Counted from the first letter of the stretch, positions 1 to 9,359 are shown. The stretch: DNA of 60,788 nt from a virus (IMGVR_UViG_3300046169_000125:1-60788); one strand, 5' to 3'. Translations and numbers: made by a program. Notes: a model not told the origin generated them from the sequence alone.

Positions 1-533
1 GAACAGTGAATAGATTTATTGCGAATTGAAAATTCAATCGCTTCGTTGTGGTCTGGCATGTTTAGTTTAAATAATTTATTTATACATTTAATTATAAATC
101 TGTTGTATATATAATAATATTTGTTTATCCATACGTTTACTCCATCGCAATGTATAACCAATGATGATTTGTTTGCGCATTTGAAATAAACCGAGCGAAC
201 AACTCTTTTGGTGTTGATGTTGTATTTGATTGAAAAGTTTAAACCTGTTAGCGATTGATGATTTTCCTGTGAATCATCTGCATTAAAGTATCCCATAAAC
301 GCATAATGAAATAAATCGTTATTGAAGAACCAATGCGAAAAATTGCAATCATAGATATCTTTTTTTGTATATATTTTATAATAAAATTTGATTGATAATA
401 TATCTTCTTCATCAAAATCAAATGCATAACCGTCAAGAGTTTTATATTGCTGTTTTAAATGACTAGAAAAGTCAGCAAATCGCGAGAGATCAGTTGATGC
501 TTTGCGGTGAATCAGGTATTGACGAATGTTCAT
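1..533 (-). CDS. Hypothetical protein, runs off the left edge (not in ORF track)
   Basis: ATG at 533 overlaps the end of the upstream gene; hand translation MNIRQYLIHRKASTDLSRF...EFSIRNKSIHC is open for 177 codons to the edge. Confidence 0.75.
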   Translation of the reverse strand, partial: MNIRQYLIHRKASTDLSRFADFSSHLKQQYKTLDGYAFDFDEEDILSIKFYYKIYTKKDIYDCNFSHWFFNNDLFHYAFMGYFNADDSQENHQSLTGLNFSIKYNINTKRVVRSVYFKCANKSSLVIHCDGVNVWINKYYYIYNRFIIKCINKLFKLNMPDHNEAIEFSIRNKSIHC

Positions 534-1131
534 TTTTTATATTTTCAAAAGAAGGAACTACTTTATTGAATTTGTTTTTAGTTTTGTTATAAAGTTTAAG
601 CCATCCAAACATTCTACCCATCAATGGAAGGAATAAACAATTGCTTGGGTCAATTCCATTGTCTAACGAAAGGGCTGCGATTGCACACCCAATATTCATT
701 GGTACGGGCATCTGCTCTTGAAGCCTTAAACAAAAATTTGTGTGATTATCTATCAAGTCGGCGAAATTTGTTATAAGGTAAATTACTCTTGCATCTTCTT
801 GCTTGATTGACGGATGTCCAAAGCCGGGAATTTTTATGCCATCATTTTCGCGCACAATATCTATAGGGTTTTTGTGGTAATTGCTTGATATAAATTCCGC
901 AATTTGATTGATTGGAAGATGTTGATCGGTTATACAGTTTAGTCCCGCCGCAAGTGCATGTGGCAAATCGGAACCACAATTTGCTGCAAGAGCAACAACT
1001 GCCGAGCTTGGCGGTTCATTGTCAATCGGAAATTCAACAAATACGCTTGCTAGCGCATCGAATAATCGACGCTGTTGCTTTGTGTATACTTGTTTGTCGA
1101 TTAAATATTCTAATACTTGATCAAAAAACAT
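490..1131 (-). CDS. Citrate synthase / citryl-CoA lyase-like protein (C-terminal domain only, degenerate)
   Basis: Motifs PPS, ALAAGL, QHLP (HGGA-like His), IPGFGHP...D.R, MNIG (NVD-like position), GRMFG. Confidence 0.75.
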   Translation of the reverse strand: MFFDQVLEYLIDKQVYTKQQRRLFDALASVFVEFPIDNEPPSSAVVALAANCGSDLPHALAAGLNCITDQHLPINQIAEFISSNYHKNPIDIVRENDGIKIPGFGHPSIKQEDARVIYLITNFADLIDNHTNFCLRLQEQMPVPMNIGCAIAALSLDNGIDPSNCLFLPLMGRMFGWLKLYNKTKNKFNKVVPSFENIKNEHSSIPDSPQSIN

Positions 1132-1627
1132 CTATTTTTCCCTTAAATTTAAATGATATTAAATCTGCGTCACAGTTTAATTGTTTAGCGACCTTTTGAG
1201 CGTTTAGCAGTGAGGCGTTGTTTGTTGTGTATATTTCAAACATACAACTATCAAAGCCTCTTAATTTTAATTCTTTAACTAAAGACAATCTTAAGCGACT
1301 TCCGATTCCAAACTTTCTAAAATCTGGGTGAACTATGGTAACAATACCGTGCGCTATTTTGCTTTTTGTGTCATAAATTTTATGTATTTGCGTAGAACAA
1401 CAAGAAAATCCTACGCAAGTTTCATTGAGAATACATGCGAAGGATGGGTCGTCATTAAATATTGTTTGAAACACTTCATGTTTGTAAAAGCTTAGAACAT
1501 TTTTTTCTGTATTTTTTAATGAACATAACCCGTGTATTTCTTCGTTGTTTGATATTGAATGTCTGATTATTTCGAGCACATCTTCTTCGTGATCATGAGA
1601 TAATGGCACTATCTGGGCTTTGTCCAT
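1121..1627 (-). CDS. GNAT family N-acetyltransferase
   Basis: Motif A VHPDFRKFGIGS and downstream N..S (TTNNASL). Confidence 0.85.
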   Translation of the reverse strand: MDKAQIVPLSHDHEEDVLEIIRHSISNNEEIHGLCSLKNTEKNVLSFYKHEVFQTIFNDDPSFACILNETCVGFSCCSTQIHKIYDTKSKIAHGIVTIVHPDFRKFGIGSRLRLSLVKELKLRGFDSCMFEIYTTNNASLLNAQKVAKQLNCDADLISFKFKGKIDVF

Positions 1628-1651
1628 AAATGATGTTATATTTAAGAGGCT

Positions 1652-1777
1652 TTATTTTCCATAAAATTCATTATCTTTCTTTTTTTGAAAAGAAAAGATG
1701 ATTGCAGCTAATAATCCAAAAGCCAAAAAGTCACCTGTAAAAAATTCAAAATATGAAGACGCGATAATTTGTATCAT
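1652..1777 (-). CDS. Small membrane protein, 41 aa (not in ORF track)
   Basis: ATG overlaps the stop of the upstream gene; MIQIIASSYFEFFTGDFLAFGLLAAIIFSFQKKKDNEFYGK is one TM helix plus a basic tail; fills the gap. Confidence 0.6.
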   Translation of the reverse strand: MIQIIASSYFEFFTGDFLAFGLLAAIIFSFQKKKDNEFYGK

Positions 1778-2313
1778 CTATATTCTTTTCTTAACAAGCG
1801 CCAGCGATCTGAATCAATAGACTTGTTTCCATCATCAATGGCATACAACATTTGGATAATTTCGTCAACATTATTATAAATGTATTTATGAGGAAACATA
1901 CCAAGCATCCATAGCGGAGTCTTTGCTTTGCCACCTTCCATACTTACGAATACAGGTTTTTTTTCTCGAACCGCTGTGACAATTTCTTCAGCACTGCCCC
2001 AGCTTGCTACTTCAGGCACAAGATGCGCAATAATAAAATCACTACGATCTACCAAATTTAAATCGTATGCACGCACGGTTTTCATTCGCTCGGTTACTCG
2101 ATCATATTGCTTGGTACTCATCCAAGTTTCCATTTCTTGGCGACTAGCTTCGTCCTCTTCTACATCTTTAATGAAAGGTTTCTTATATGGATCAAAGCAT
2201 GTAATACTTAATGGTTTAAGTTCTTCTGCTACATGATCTCTCCAGTTACGACCGCTCACATACTGCATGTGACCCACTAAATAACATTTAGTTCTGTACA
2301 ATAGATTTTTCAT
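1774..2313 (-). CDS. Nucleoside 2-deoxyribosyltransferase-like / dNMP N-glycosidase family protein
   Basis: YLVGHM...W...PY, DLNLVDRSDFIIA, SWGSAEEI (catalytic Glu), KKPVFV. Confidence 0.8.
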   Translation of the reverse strand: MKNLLYRTKCYLVGHMQYVSGRNWRDHVAEELKPLSITCFDPYKKPFIKDVEEDEASRQEMETWMSTKQYDRVTERMKTVRAYDLNLVDRSDFIIAHLVPEVASWGSAEEIVTAVREKKPVFVSMEGGKAKTPLWMLGMFPHKYIYNNVDEIIQMLYAIDDGNKSIDSDRWRLLRKEYR

Positions 2314-2319
2314 GCTTCA

Positions 2320-2348
2320 ACTATAACACATAGCTGAAGGTATGTCAA
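2320..2348 (-). promoter_or_regulatory. Sigma70-type promoter, likely leaderless transcript
   Basis: TTGACA-17 nt-TATAGT on the minus strand, ATG of the 2313 gene 6 nt downstream. Confidence 0.8.
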
Positions 2349-2351
2349 GTA

Positions 2352-3374
2352 TTATCTTGTTGCGTGAATGTGAAGTTTTGCGTCTTCTGGGAGATCTGCC
2401 ACAAATGAAACTTTAAAAGATGAAGTTGTTGATTCGCTAATTAAATAAGAAACAATAAAGTTTTCACTTTCTAAACTTGTTGACAGTATAGGTGGAGCAA
2501 CAAATGCTTCTGGGTATGTTATTTCAAATGAAGACTGTCCTGATGCAAGATCTTCAACTAAGGATATTGTTTTTGTTTGTCTAAAAGACGCTCCTCCTGT
2601 TGGTTTTGCGAGAGTGTGAATCTTGTACGAATCATTAGGTATATTACTTGCAAAATTAACTGTATAATTCTGATTTGTTACATTCGTAATAAGGTATGGC
2701 ACGGCTACAGATCCAGATCCCTGAAGGTCCAGAGTTACAGATGGGGGGCTCTCGAAAGTTTTTGGAAAATCTATATTATACTGAGAGATTCCTGAAACTA
2801 ATGAAAGGGTGAAATTGACAGACTCTTCTGGATAAGAAGATATTTTTACAAACCCACCTGCATCATCTGATACATATAAATTATTAAAATATCCATCTCC
2901 ATTTACCGTAAGAGCTCCCGATGAAGATGTTGTGTTTATCGACAGCGACCCAGTACTGTCAATATTCATGGTTTGGCCGCTGACATCTATATTGATTGAA
3001 TCATTTGCTGCGAAATTAATTTTACCCGACTCGAATTGAATATAAGTATCTAAATCATCTTTGTGATAAATATAATCTTCCACAGTATAAGAATCCACCC
3101 CCAAACCTCCACCAAAAGAACACTCATCAATGAAAGTTTTTGAACCTCTAATTTCTTGGTCTCCACTTAACAAAACTGATGTGTCAAGTATTGATTTTTT
3201 TAAATTTTTAAATTTTATTTTTTCATTACTTGCTCCTGAAGATGCCACCATAAAAAGAACGTCGTCATCTTGATTGCCAATATTTGGGTCAAATCCAGAA
3301 GGAATGAAGGATGAATCAAAAGAAAACAAGCTCGTTGCTTCGTCTAAGTTTGAGATTCTATTATTTGTTGCCAT
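2352..3374 (-). CDS. Virion fibre-like protein with two C-terminal H-type-lectin-like domains
   Basis: Likely start MATNNRISNL (ATG 3374); GDQEIRGSKTF fibre motif; two I.FP..F...P.V domains; paralogous to 3376..4443. Confidence 0.6.
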   Translation of the reverse strand: MATNNRISNLDEATSLFSFDSSFIPSGFDPNIGNQDDDVLFMVASSGASNEKIKFKNLKKSILDTSVLLSGDQEIRGSKTFIDECSFGGGLGVDSYTVEDYIYHKDDLDTYIQFESGKINFAANDSINIDVSGQTMNIDSTGSLSINTTSSSGALTVNGDGYFNNLYVSDDAGGFVKISSYPEESVNFTLSLVSGISQYNIDFPKTFESPPSVTLDLQGSGSVAVPYLITNVTNQNYTVNFASNIPNDSYKIHTLAKPTGGASFRQTKTISLVEDLASGQSSFEITYPEAFVAPPILSTSLESENFIVSYLISESTTSSFKVSFVADLPEDAKLHIHATR

Positions 3375-3375
3375 T

Positions 3376-4443
3376 TTAATTGCTTTCTTGAGATAAAGTA
3401 TGTATTGTATAATTTTGATCCACTTGTGATTCAAAACGAATAGTATATGAATTATTATTTACACTAGATATGGCGTGCGCAACAATGTTATTTGAGCTCT
3501 CCACTGAGGCGTGTACAGAAGGAGTGGATGAATATACAAAAGGAAAGTTGATTGTATGGGTTAAAGATTGAGCGGATAGCTGTGTGTGAAAACGTTGTAT
3601 TGTTCGAGCATCAGACACGCTACTTTCGCTTGAGTCAGGAAGAATAGAGGGGCTAAATGCTGACACATGCAAAGAGTAATCATTTTCTGTAATTGCTGAA
3701 TCGAATTTAATTTGAAAGCTATAGGTGTTAACATTCAATAAGATAAACGGCACATATGCTTGAGAATTTTCGCGAAATAAGTTTGCAGTTATAATTGGTT
3801 TATATTTAAAAGTTTTCGGAAGATATACTGTGGCAAGCGCTGTTCCCGCCTCTATTTTATGATCAAAACATACCGTTTCATCCTCTAGGTCTTCAAGTGG
3901 TAACTTGTTATAATTGCCTTTTATATTTTTTACATAAGTATTATTTATGTATGCGTCACCATTAATATTTAATGCTCCTTTATTTGTGTCTGTGTTGATG
4001 TTGAGACATCCACTGTTTGAAAAGTATACGTTTTTATTTTGATCAGAATAAAATGAAACTTCTTTGTCTGAATTTAAAAATAGTTTACCTTCTTCAAATC
4101 TTGCCGAACAAGATCCATCTGATTCATCATTGATATATTCATCGATGTATAGGTTTTGATAGGAGACTGCGTCTTGCGTTTTTAAGAAACATAGATCCAT
4201 GAAAACTTTTGATCCAGATATCTCTTGCTCACCTTCAGTTAATAATGAATTATCTATATTTGATTTTTTTAAATTTTCAAAAGATATTTTTTGATTAGAC
4301 GCATTCTCTATTGCAGTCAAAAATAAAATATCGTCATGATCTGAGCCAAGTGTGGAATTATTAGACGCAGATACCGCCTCTTTAATGCAGTCGGAGAATA
4401 ATCCCGAAGTTTCTTGCAGTTCTGATATTTTTTGATTCGGCAT
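3376..4443 (-). CDS. Virion fibre-like protein, paralogue of 2352..3374
   Basis: Likely start MPNQKISEL; GEQEISGSKVF; GALNINGDAY; two LPKTF..KP / FPFVYSSTPSV domains. Confidence 0.6.
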   Translation of the reverse strand: MPNQKISELQETSGLFSDCIKEAVSASNNSTLGSDHDDILFLTAIENASNQKISFENLKKSNIDNSLLTEGEQEISGSKVFMDLCFLKTQDAVSYQNLYIDEYINDESDGSCSARFEEGKLFLNSDKEVSFYSDQNKNVYFSNSGCLNINTDTNKGALNINGDAYINNTYVKNIKGNYNKLPLEDLEDETVCFDHKIEAGTALATVYLPKTFKYKPIITANLFRENSQAYVPFILLNVNTYSFQIKFDSAITENDYSLHVSAFSPSILPDSSESSVSDARTIQRFHTQLSAQSLTHTINFPFVYSSTPSVHASVESSNNIVAHAISSVNNNSYTIRFESQVDQNYTIHTLSQESN

Positions 4444-4456
4444 AACGAGCAATGTT

Positions 4457-4487
4457 TATTACACTAAACAGTATAAATAGTGTAATA
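4457..4487. promoter_or_regulatory. Back-to-back putative late promoters (GTGTAATA on both strands)
   Basis: Perfect 10-bp inverted repeat TATTACACTA-N11-TAGTGTAATA between divergent virion genes; + copy is 14 nt before GTG 4494. Confidence 0.7.
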
Positions 4488-4493
4488 TGATTC

Positions 4494-5978
4494 GTGGCAC
4501 AAGGAACAATTACTCGTTTAACTTACGAAAGGCTTGGTATTTTACTAACCGATGCACCTGCGTACAAAGAGAGCGGAACTAAATATAGTGATTTAATACG
4601 TATACAAAGCATGGATTATAGCTTCTCTCATGAAGCTGCAGACATAAAGGCTGTTGGTAGTGATAAACTTGTTACGAGGAGCGGGCAAAGTCCAATTATT
4701 AGAGCCCCCTCCGTTGACTGCAATATAGAGTATTTATTTTCAGAAGGTCAAAATGAAATTGCCGCAGGTCTTCATATGGGTAGGAATGATAGTGTCATTA
4801 AAAATTATGTACAAACATCTTCTACTGATGATATTAATATACTTGTTGTTGCTTCTGATGAAGATAGCCATAAAGATCTTTCTTTCTTAAATAGTGAGTC
4901 TGATTTTGAAGATTATAATGTTATTGGTATTGGTAATGCATTTTTAATTAATTATGCATATAATGCTTCGGTCGGTTCATTACCAACCAGTTCTTTAAGT
5001 TTTGCTGCGAGCAACATGAAGTATGACGCATACTCTGCAAGCAGTCGACCAACTTTACCCGCTGTAAAGCTTGGCGTGAACAACATTAACTCTACTGAGG
5101 AGGTTCATTTAGATGTATCAAAAATAAAAGACCATAGCCACGATCGAGAAAATCAAGGTTATGTATTTGATCAACATTTTAATCCAGAAGTGTCTGCGAT
5201 AAAGCCTGGTGACATAAAAATAACGATGACAAAACAAAGCGGAGGAAGGGGGGGTGCAATTCTTGATTCTTTGTCTGCAGCAGTTCAAGACATATCTATT
5301 GATCTGCCTATACCTCGCCAAGATATTTATGGAATGGGTAGTAATTATGTTTTTAATAGAAAATTAAAGCTTCCAATAATTGGCTCGCTATCTGTAGGCA
5401 TGGTTCTTAGGGGATATGCTCAAGATCAGGTTGACTCGTTTTTAACTCAAACGGATGTATATAATATACTCGTTGAACATACCACGCCAAAAAGAGTTGT
5501 TGGTAATCAAGGGGAAACTTTGGTTGAGAATCTTTATTATTATATTGCTGTTGAAAATAATGACTGGAGGAGAGTTTTAATGGAGTCGTTTACTCATTCC
5601 ATCTCTGGAAGTGTTGGAGACACTGCTTTTAGTAATGACGGTAACTTTTATTATGTTTGTATAAACGGTTTTACTTGGGGAAGAATAAATTTAACAAATT
5701 CAAGTGAGTCGTTTTCTGGTAATATTGCTTATTCTTATAATTTTATATACGTTCTGGATGGAACTACTTGGAAAAAATTCTCCGTCAATACAATTGACTT
5801 TGATTCTATTGGCTCAGGAACCGCATTAAATATTTCTTCGGGTATAGCTTTTGAAGTCAATAGAGCTCAATTAAAAAATCAGTCGTACAGTCATGCGATT
5901 GGATCTAATGTTCAAGTAGATAGCGCTATGACTTTTGATGTTACTAAAACCGACGGACTGAGGTTGTATTTTAAATAA
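4494..5978 (+). CDS. Tail tube-fold paralogue with inserted aromatic repeat domain
   Basis: RIQSMDYSFS, IGIGNAFLINY..NASVGSLPT and IKPGDI match 6041..7360; C-terminal insert with three Y.YV...W.R repeats. Confidence 0.7.
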   Translation: MAQGTITRLTYERLGILLTDAPAYKESGTKYSDLIRIQSMDYSFSHEAADIKAVGSDKLVTRSGQSPIIRAPSVDCNIEYLFSEGQNEIAAGLHMGRNDSVIKNYVQTSSTDDINILVVASDEDSHKDLSFLNSESDFEDYNVIGIGNAFLINYAYNASVGSLPTSSLSFAASNMKYDAYSASSRPTLPAVKLGVNNINSTEEVHLDVSKIKDHSHDRENQGYVFDQHFNPEVSAIKPGDIKITMTKQSGGRGGAILDSLSAAVQDISIDLPIPRQDIYGMGSNYVFNRKLKLPIIGSLSVGMVLRGYAQDQVDSFLTQTDVYNILVEHTTPKRVVGNQGETLVENLYYYIAVENNDWRRVLMESFTHSISGSVGDTAFSNDGNFYYVCINGFTWGRINLTNSSESFSGNIAYSYNFIYVLDGTTWKKFSVNTIDFDSIGSGTALNISSGIAFEVNRAQLKNQSYSHAIGSNVQVDSAMTFDVTKTDGLRLYFK

Positions 5979-6017
5979 TAAAAAACCCCCGACCGAATTA
6001 ACAGTCGAGGGTTTTTT
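5979..6017. terminator. Bidirectional rho-independent terminator
   Basis: A-tract, CCCCCGAC-loop-GTCGAGGG, T-tract between convergent genes; best stem (with G:U pairs) is on the minus strand after the major tube gene. Confidence 0.85.
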
Positions 6018-6040
6018 AAGAACAAGCTGTTATATTATAA

Positions 6041-7360
6041 TTATGCGAAATACTGGTGAATGCCAGTTGCGTTTCTTGATCCTGAAATAAAGATTCCGTT
6101 AGATTGATCTTCTGGACCTCCGACTTGAGCTGTAAACGTAAGATCTACGCTTTTATTATCTCCAATTGAAGAGCTGAACGATTCTCCTTCGAGTCGAGCT
6201 CCTTTCACTGTATACTGCATTGCGATTGGACCATTTCCGCTTTGAGTGGGCTCTCTCATTGTAAAAACAAGATCGTGTTCCTCTTGATCAAATAGCATGT
6301 CTGCAACGTTTCCTTCTTTGAGGTCAGAAAGAATTGCGTTTACTGACACAGATATATTTACTGGAAAATCTGTTACTTTTGCGTATCCATATGGATTTCC
6401 AAGACGATTAATGTTACTGCGGCTTATTGGCAAATCAATGCTAAAGCTTTGAACATGAGCAGATCCAGAACCTTCATAATCATCTGTAGGGTCAGCAGAA
6501 GGTAAAAGTTCGAATTCACCTGCGCGTCCTCCAGCTCCAAGCTTTAAGGATATATCTCCTGGGCGCAAGCATGAAATTCCCTCATCTCCAAAACCTTCAT
6601 TATTTCCTGTCCAGACGTCATCTGTACTTCCCCAGATTCCATCATTACCAATTAAAGCCTCTCCTTTTCCGCTAACGGCATCTGGAAGAGAGAACTCAAC
6701 ACCTTCTACCTCATAACCGTGCGTTGTGTTGATAGAGGGAAGTGTTTTGTTTTCAGTTCCGTTGTAACTACGAAGATTTAAACCGTCAATCGTTACACTT
6801 GCTGTTGGCATTCCTCCTACAGCCGCCTCGATCGAGTAATTAGATACAAATCCATTACCAAGCGCAATAACGCTTTTTGAGGCGTCAGCACTGGCATTGT
6901 TTACTGCATCTGTACCTTCTGGCGTTGTTAAAATGAAAAAGTTTTTACCGCCTGGGTTTTCAGCAGAATTTGATTTGCCAAGAAGTATTTCGTCTGCTAG
7001 GGATGAAGTTTCACCACCAACATCAAAACCTAAAAGGCGCTCATTAATTCCATTCGTTAAGTAGTAAGAAAAATCTAGCGTTACTGTGGGCGGTTCAATT
7101 GATACACTATCAATACGAGCGAGTTGGCCAAATTGATTTACATCTTGACGATTAACGCTAAAACTATAGTTTGCGCTTTGCACTCGACGAAGCTGCATAA
7201 TTCCTGTTTTAACATCTCCTCCTGCAGCTGTAGCGGCGGTTTGTGCGGTGCCTTGCGTTGCAAAACCTGTTCCGTTTACTGTGAAGTGATGACCTGTGGC
7301 GTCTACTGTACCAGCGTATAATGCCTCACTTTGATAAATTACTCTTGCTCTATTTGCCAT
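6041..7360 (-). CDS. Major tail tube protein (internally duplicated fold)
   Basis: Follows neck genes; acidic and G/S-rich; two halves RRVQSANYSFSVNRQDVNQFG and AHVQSFSIDLPISRSNINRLG; own promoter and terminator. Confidence 0.75.
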   Translation of the reverse strand: MANRARVIYQSEALYAGTVDATGHHFTVNGTGFATQGTAQTAATAAGGDVKTGIMQLRRVQSANYSFSVNRQDVNQFGQLARIDSVSIEPPTVTLDFSYYLTNGINERLLGFDVGGETSSLADEILLGKSNSAENPGGKNFFILTTPEGTDAVNNASADASKSVIALGNGFVSNYSIEAAVGGMPTASVTIDGLNLRSYNGTENKTLPSINTTHGYEVEGVEFSLPDAVSGKGEALIGNDGIWGSTDDVWTGNNEGFGDEGISCLRPGDISLKLGAGGRAGEFELLPSADPTDDYEGSGSAHVQSFSIDLPISRSNINRLGNPYGYAKVTDFPVNISVSVNAILSDLKEGNVADMLFDQEEHDLVFTMREPTQSGNGPIAMQYTVKGARLEGESFSSSIGDNKSVDLTFTAQVGGPEDQSNGIFISGSRNATGIHQYFA

Positions 7361-7395
7361 GATATGTATAAAATTGAAGTTAAATTTCTGCTGTT

Positions 7396-7403
7396 AATTA
7401 CAT
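7396..7403 (-). promoter_or_regulatory. Putative late promoter (ATGTAATT variant)
   Basis: Same motif as 53974, preceded by an A-tract, 43 nt upstream of the tube gene ATG. Confidence 0.5.
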
Positions 7404-7424
7404 TTTTTAAGTATTAAAGGGAAA

Positions 7425-8273
7425 TTATGATCTAGGAAATCTTAAGTTTGTGATTTCAAAGTCAACGAATCCCACAAAAAGAGATGGATCAATATTTTTA
7501 CTAACGCGGTCACTAAGCTTGGAGCAGCGCACATCTTCCACATGAAAAAGATCACGCCCTTTACTGTGAATTAATGTCATATAGTTGAATCCTGTTGTGT
7601 CTCCGTATTCAGTTAATGGATAATCTGAAAAGTCTACTTTTTGAAATACTTCATTCTTTGAGTCGGCAAAAACCGACATTGCTCCATCAAGTTGATAGGT
7701 GTTTTCAGCGAAAACTACGCAACGAATGTTAGTGCTAGTTTTATCTTCTCCGCCAAATGCAAATGGCTCGTTTTCAACCAATTCAGGGTTTACGAAAATT
7801 GCAGGAACAACTTGTTTGTGAGGCGCAATTCCTGAAAGTTCTTGCTTGAACCTCCCATTAGAATCGAATTTGCTCTCCACAATGAGCTGCTCTTCAGTTT
7901 GGTTTGTAATGTACCAATTAAACTCTTTCACAGAATATGCGCCGCTTAGGGCGCTATTATTCGCACCAAAAGATGCATCAAGTATCACTCGACCATCATC
8001 AAAATCAATAATTAATCCGTCCTCTCCACGATCAATAAATGAACCATTATTATATATTCCACTTGGAATCTGTGCTCCATCAATACTTTCATCGAATACC
8101 CATTGCTTGTGTGGACTACTATAAGTTACAAACCCCGAACCAAGTTGGTCATCAACTCCCATTGGGTAAAGTGGGGATACGTAATTTTGGAAAGCTTCTG
8201 CCTTATCCACGACGAAATTGTCGGCCCAGAGCATAAAACTTGTTGTTAATTCATGTTGAAATTGCGGTTTCAT
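7425..8273 (-). CDS. Putative tail completion/terminator protein
   Basis: Position between neck and tube genes; VPAIFV...EPFAFGG...IRCVVFAE pattern. Confidence 0.55.
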   Translation of the reverse strand: MKPQFQHELTTSFMLWADNFVVDKAEAFQNYVSPLYPMGVDDQLGSGFVTYSSPHKQWVFDESIDGAQIPSGIYNNGSFIDRGEDGLIIDFDDGRVILDASFGANNSALSGAYSVKEFNWYITNQTEEQLIVESKFDSNGRFKQELSGIAPHKQVVPAIFVNPELVENEPFAFGGEDKTSTNIRCVVFAENTYQLDGAMSVFADSKNEVFQKVDFSDYPLTEYGDTTGFNYMTLIHSKGRDLFHVEDVRCSKLSDRVSKNIDPSLFVGFVDFEITNLRFPRS

Positions 8274-8275
8274 TT

Positions 8276-8899
8276 TTAAAAATATTTACTTGATACTCTT
8301 GATGCTTGTATTGAGTTTAAGTTTGTTTCGAATTGTTGTAATAATTGTTTTATGTATGGTATTTGTACACGTCCTCCCTCTGGTCGATTGCGATTTTGAA
8401 AACCAGCACCACTTCGGCTAGAGTTGATTCGTTTGTGCATGTATTGACCTAGATTGGGAATGCCGCGACCTTCAAGCTCACGCAGCCAACTTGATCCGCT
8501 GGCCCATGGTAGTGGAGTTGCTGCATACAAATCTTGCATTGATGGAGATGTGACCATGTAAGTCCACACAAATCCAAACGTGCCCATTTTGCGGCGGCGT
8601 ATTATAATATCTGTTTTTGCTAGCATTTTTTCGATTGTGCTGACAGGATCTGCGCCAGTCTCAAAACCAATAAATCCAAAAAGATTTCCTTCGGGTAATG
8701 TACCACTAATATTAGAACTTCCTGGGCCAGATCGTAACTCTCTGGTTACTGCGTGACCTTCAAATTCACTCATCATTTTTTGTTTTGCAACGCGAAATTG
8801 CTTTTCAATCAATAATCTTACTTTTAATTGCAGTTCTTTATCTCTACTGAGTTGTCGAGCAATAGTTGTTTTGATTGATCTATTTAGTGGATTGGCCAT
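8276..8899 (-). CDS. Putative neck / tail-completion protein
   Basis: Basic protein in head-tail joining position; WLRELEG...G, IPYIKQLL. Confidence 0.5.
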   Translation of the reverse strand: MANPLNRSIKTTIARQLSRDKELQLKVRLLIEKQFRVAKQKMMSEFEGHAVTRELRSGPGSSNISGTLPEGNLFGFIGFETGADPVSTIEKMLAKTDIIIRRRKMGTFGFVWTYMVTSPSMQDLYAATPLPWASGSSWLRELEGRGIPNLGQYMHKRINSSRSGAGFQNRNRPEGGRVQIPYIKQLLQQFETNLNSIQASRVSSKYF

Positions 8900-9359
8900 T
8901 TGCTTCGATGGGTCTCAAAAATAGAGTTGTGAATTGTATTACATCAAACAATCCGTGTGGTCGCGGATCCGATTCAACATGAAACATTCTACCATCAAGT
9001 TCAACGCGTTTTGCTTCTTTTATATACTCGTAATCTTCTACTCTTAATTTGATGCGTACTGTACTGTTTGGATCTGGGCGATTAACTTTAACTTGCGCAT
9101 CTGCTTCTCCAAAATATTCCAAACTGCGATCGGTGTCATATCTAACCCGCGCCTTGAAAACTTTGCGAACAGGAACATTTTCAACGCTTGGCGTATTTTT
9201 TCCTGCATTGCCGTACAGCTTGTTGAATCCTGGATCGGTACTGATAACAACTTTTTGCGCTTCTTTATATACAATAATTTCTCTTCCAAATGTGTCGTGA
9301 AGATCAATCAGGTTTGCCGCAATACTTGCTCGTTGAGAAGATGATAAAAACTCTGCCAT
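8880..9359 (-). CDS. Putative head closure / head-tail connector protein
   Basis: DTFGREIIVYK...FKARVRY...VELDGRMFHV beta-rich pattern; size and synteny. Confidence 0.55.
   Translation of the reverse strand: MAEFLSSSQRASIAANLIDLHDTFGREIIVYKEAQKVVISTDPGFNKLYGNAGKNTPSVENVPVRKVFKARVRYDTDRSLEYFGEADAQVKVNRPDPNSTVRIKLRVEDYEYIKEAKRVELDGRMFHVESDPRPHGLFDVIQFTTLFLRPIEANGQSTK

Noticed and set aside
248-436. 62-aa ORF from the track
   Set aside because: Out-of-frame shadow of the longer ORF starting at 533
4472-4479. T4 late promoter TATAAATA (also 43804-43811)
   Set aside because: Expected by chance in AT-rich DNA and not recurrent before structural genes, unlike GTGTA
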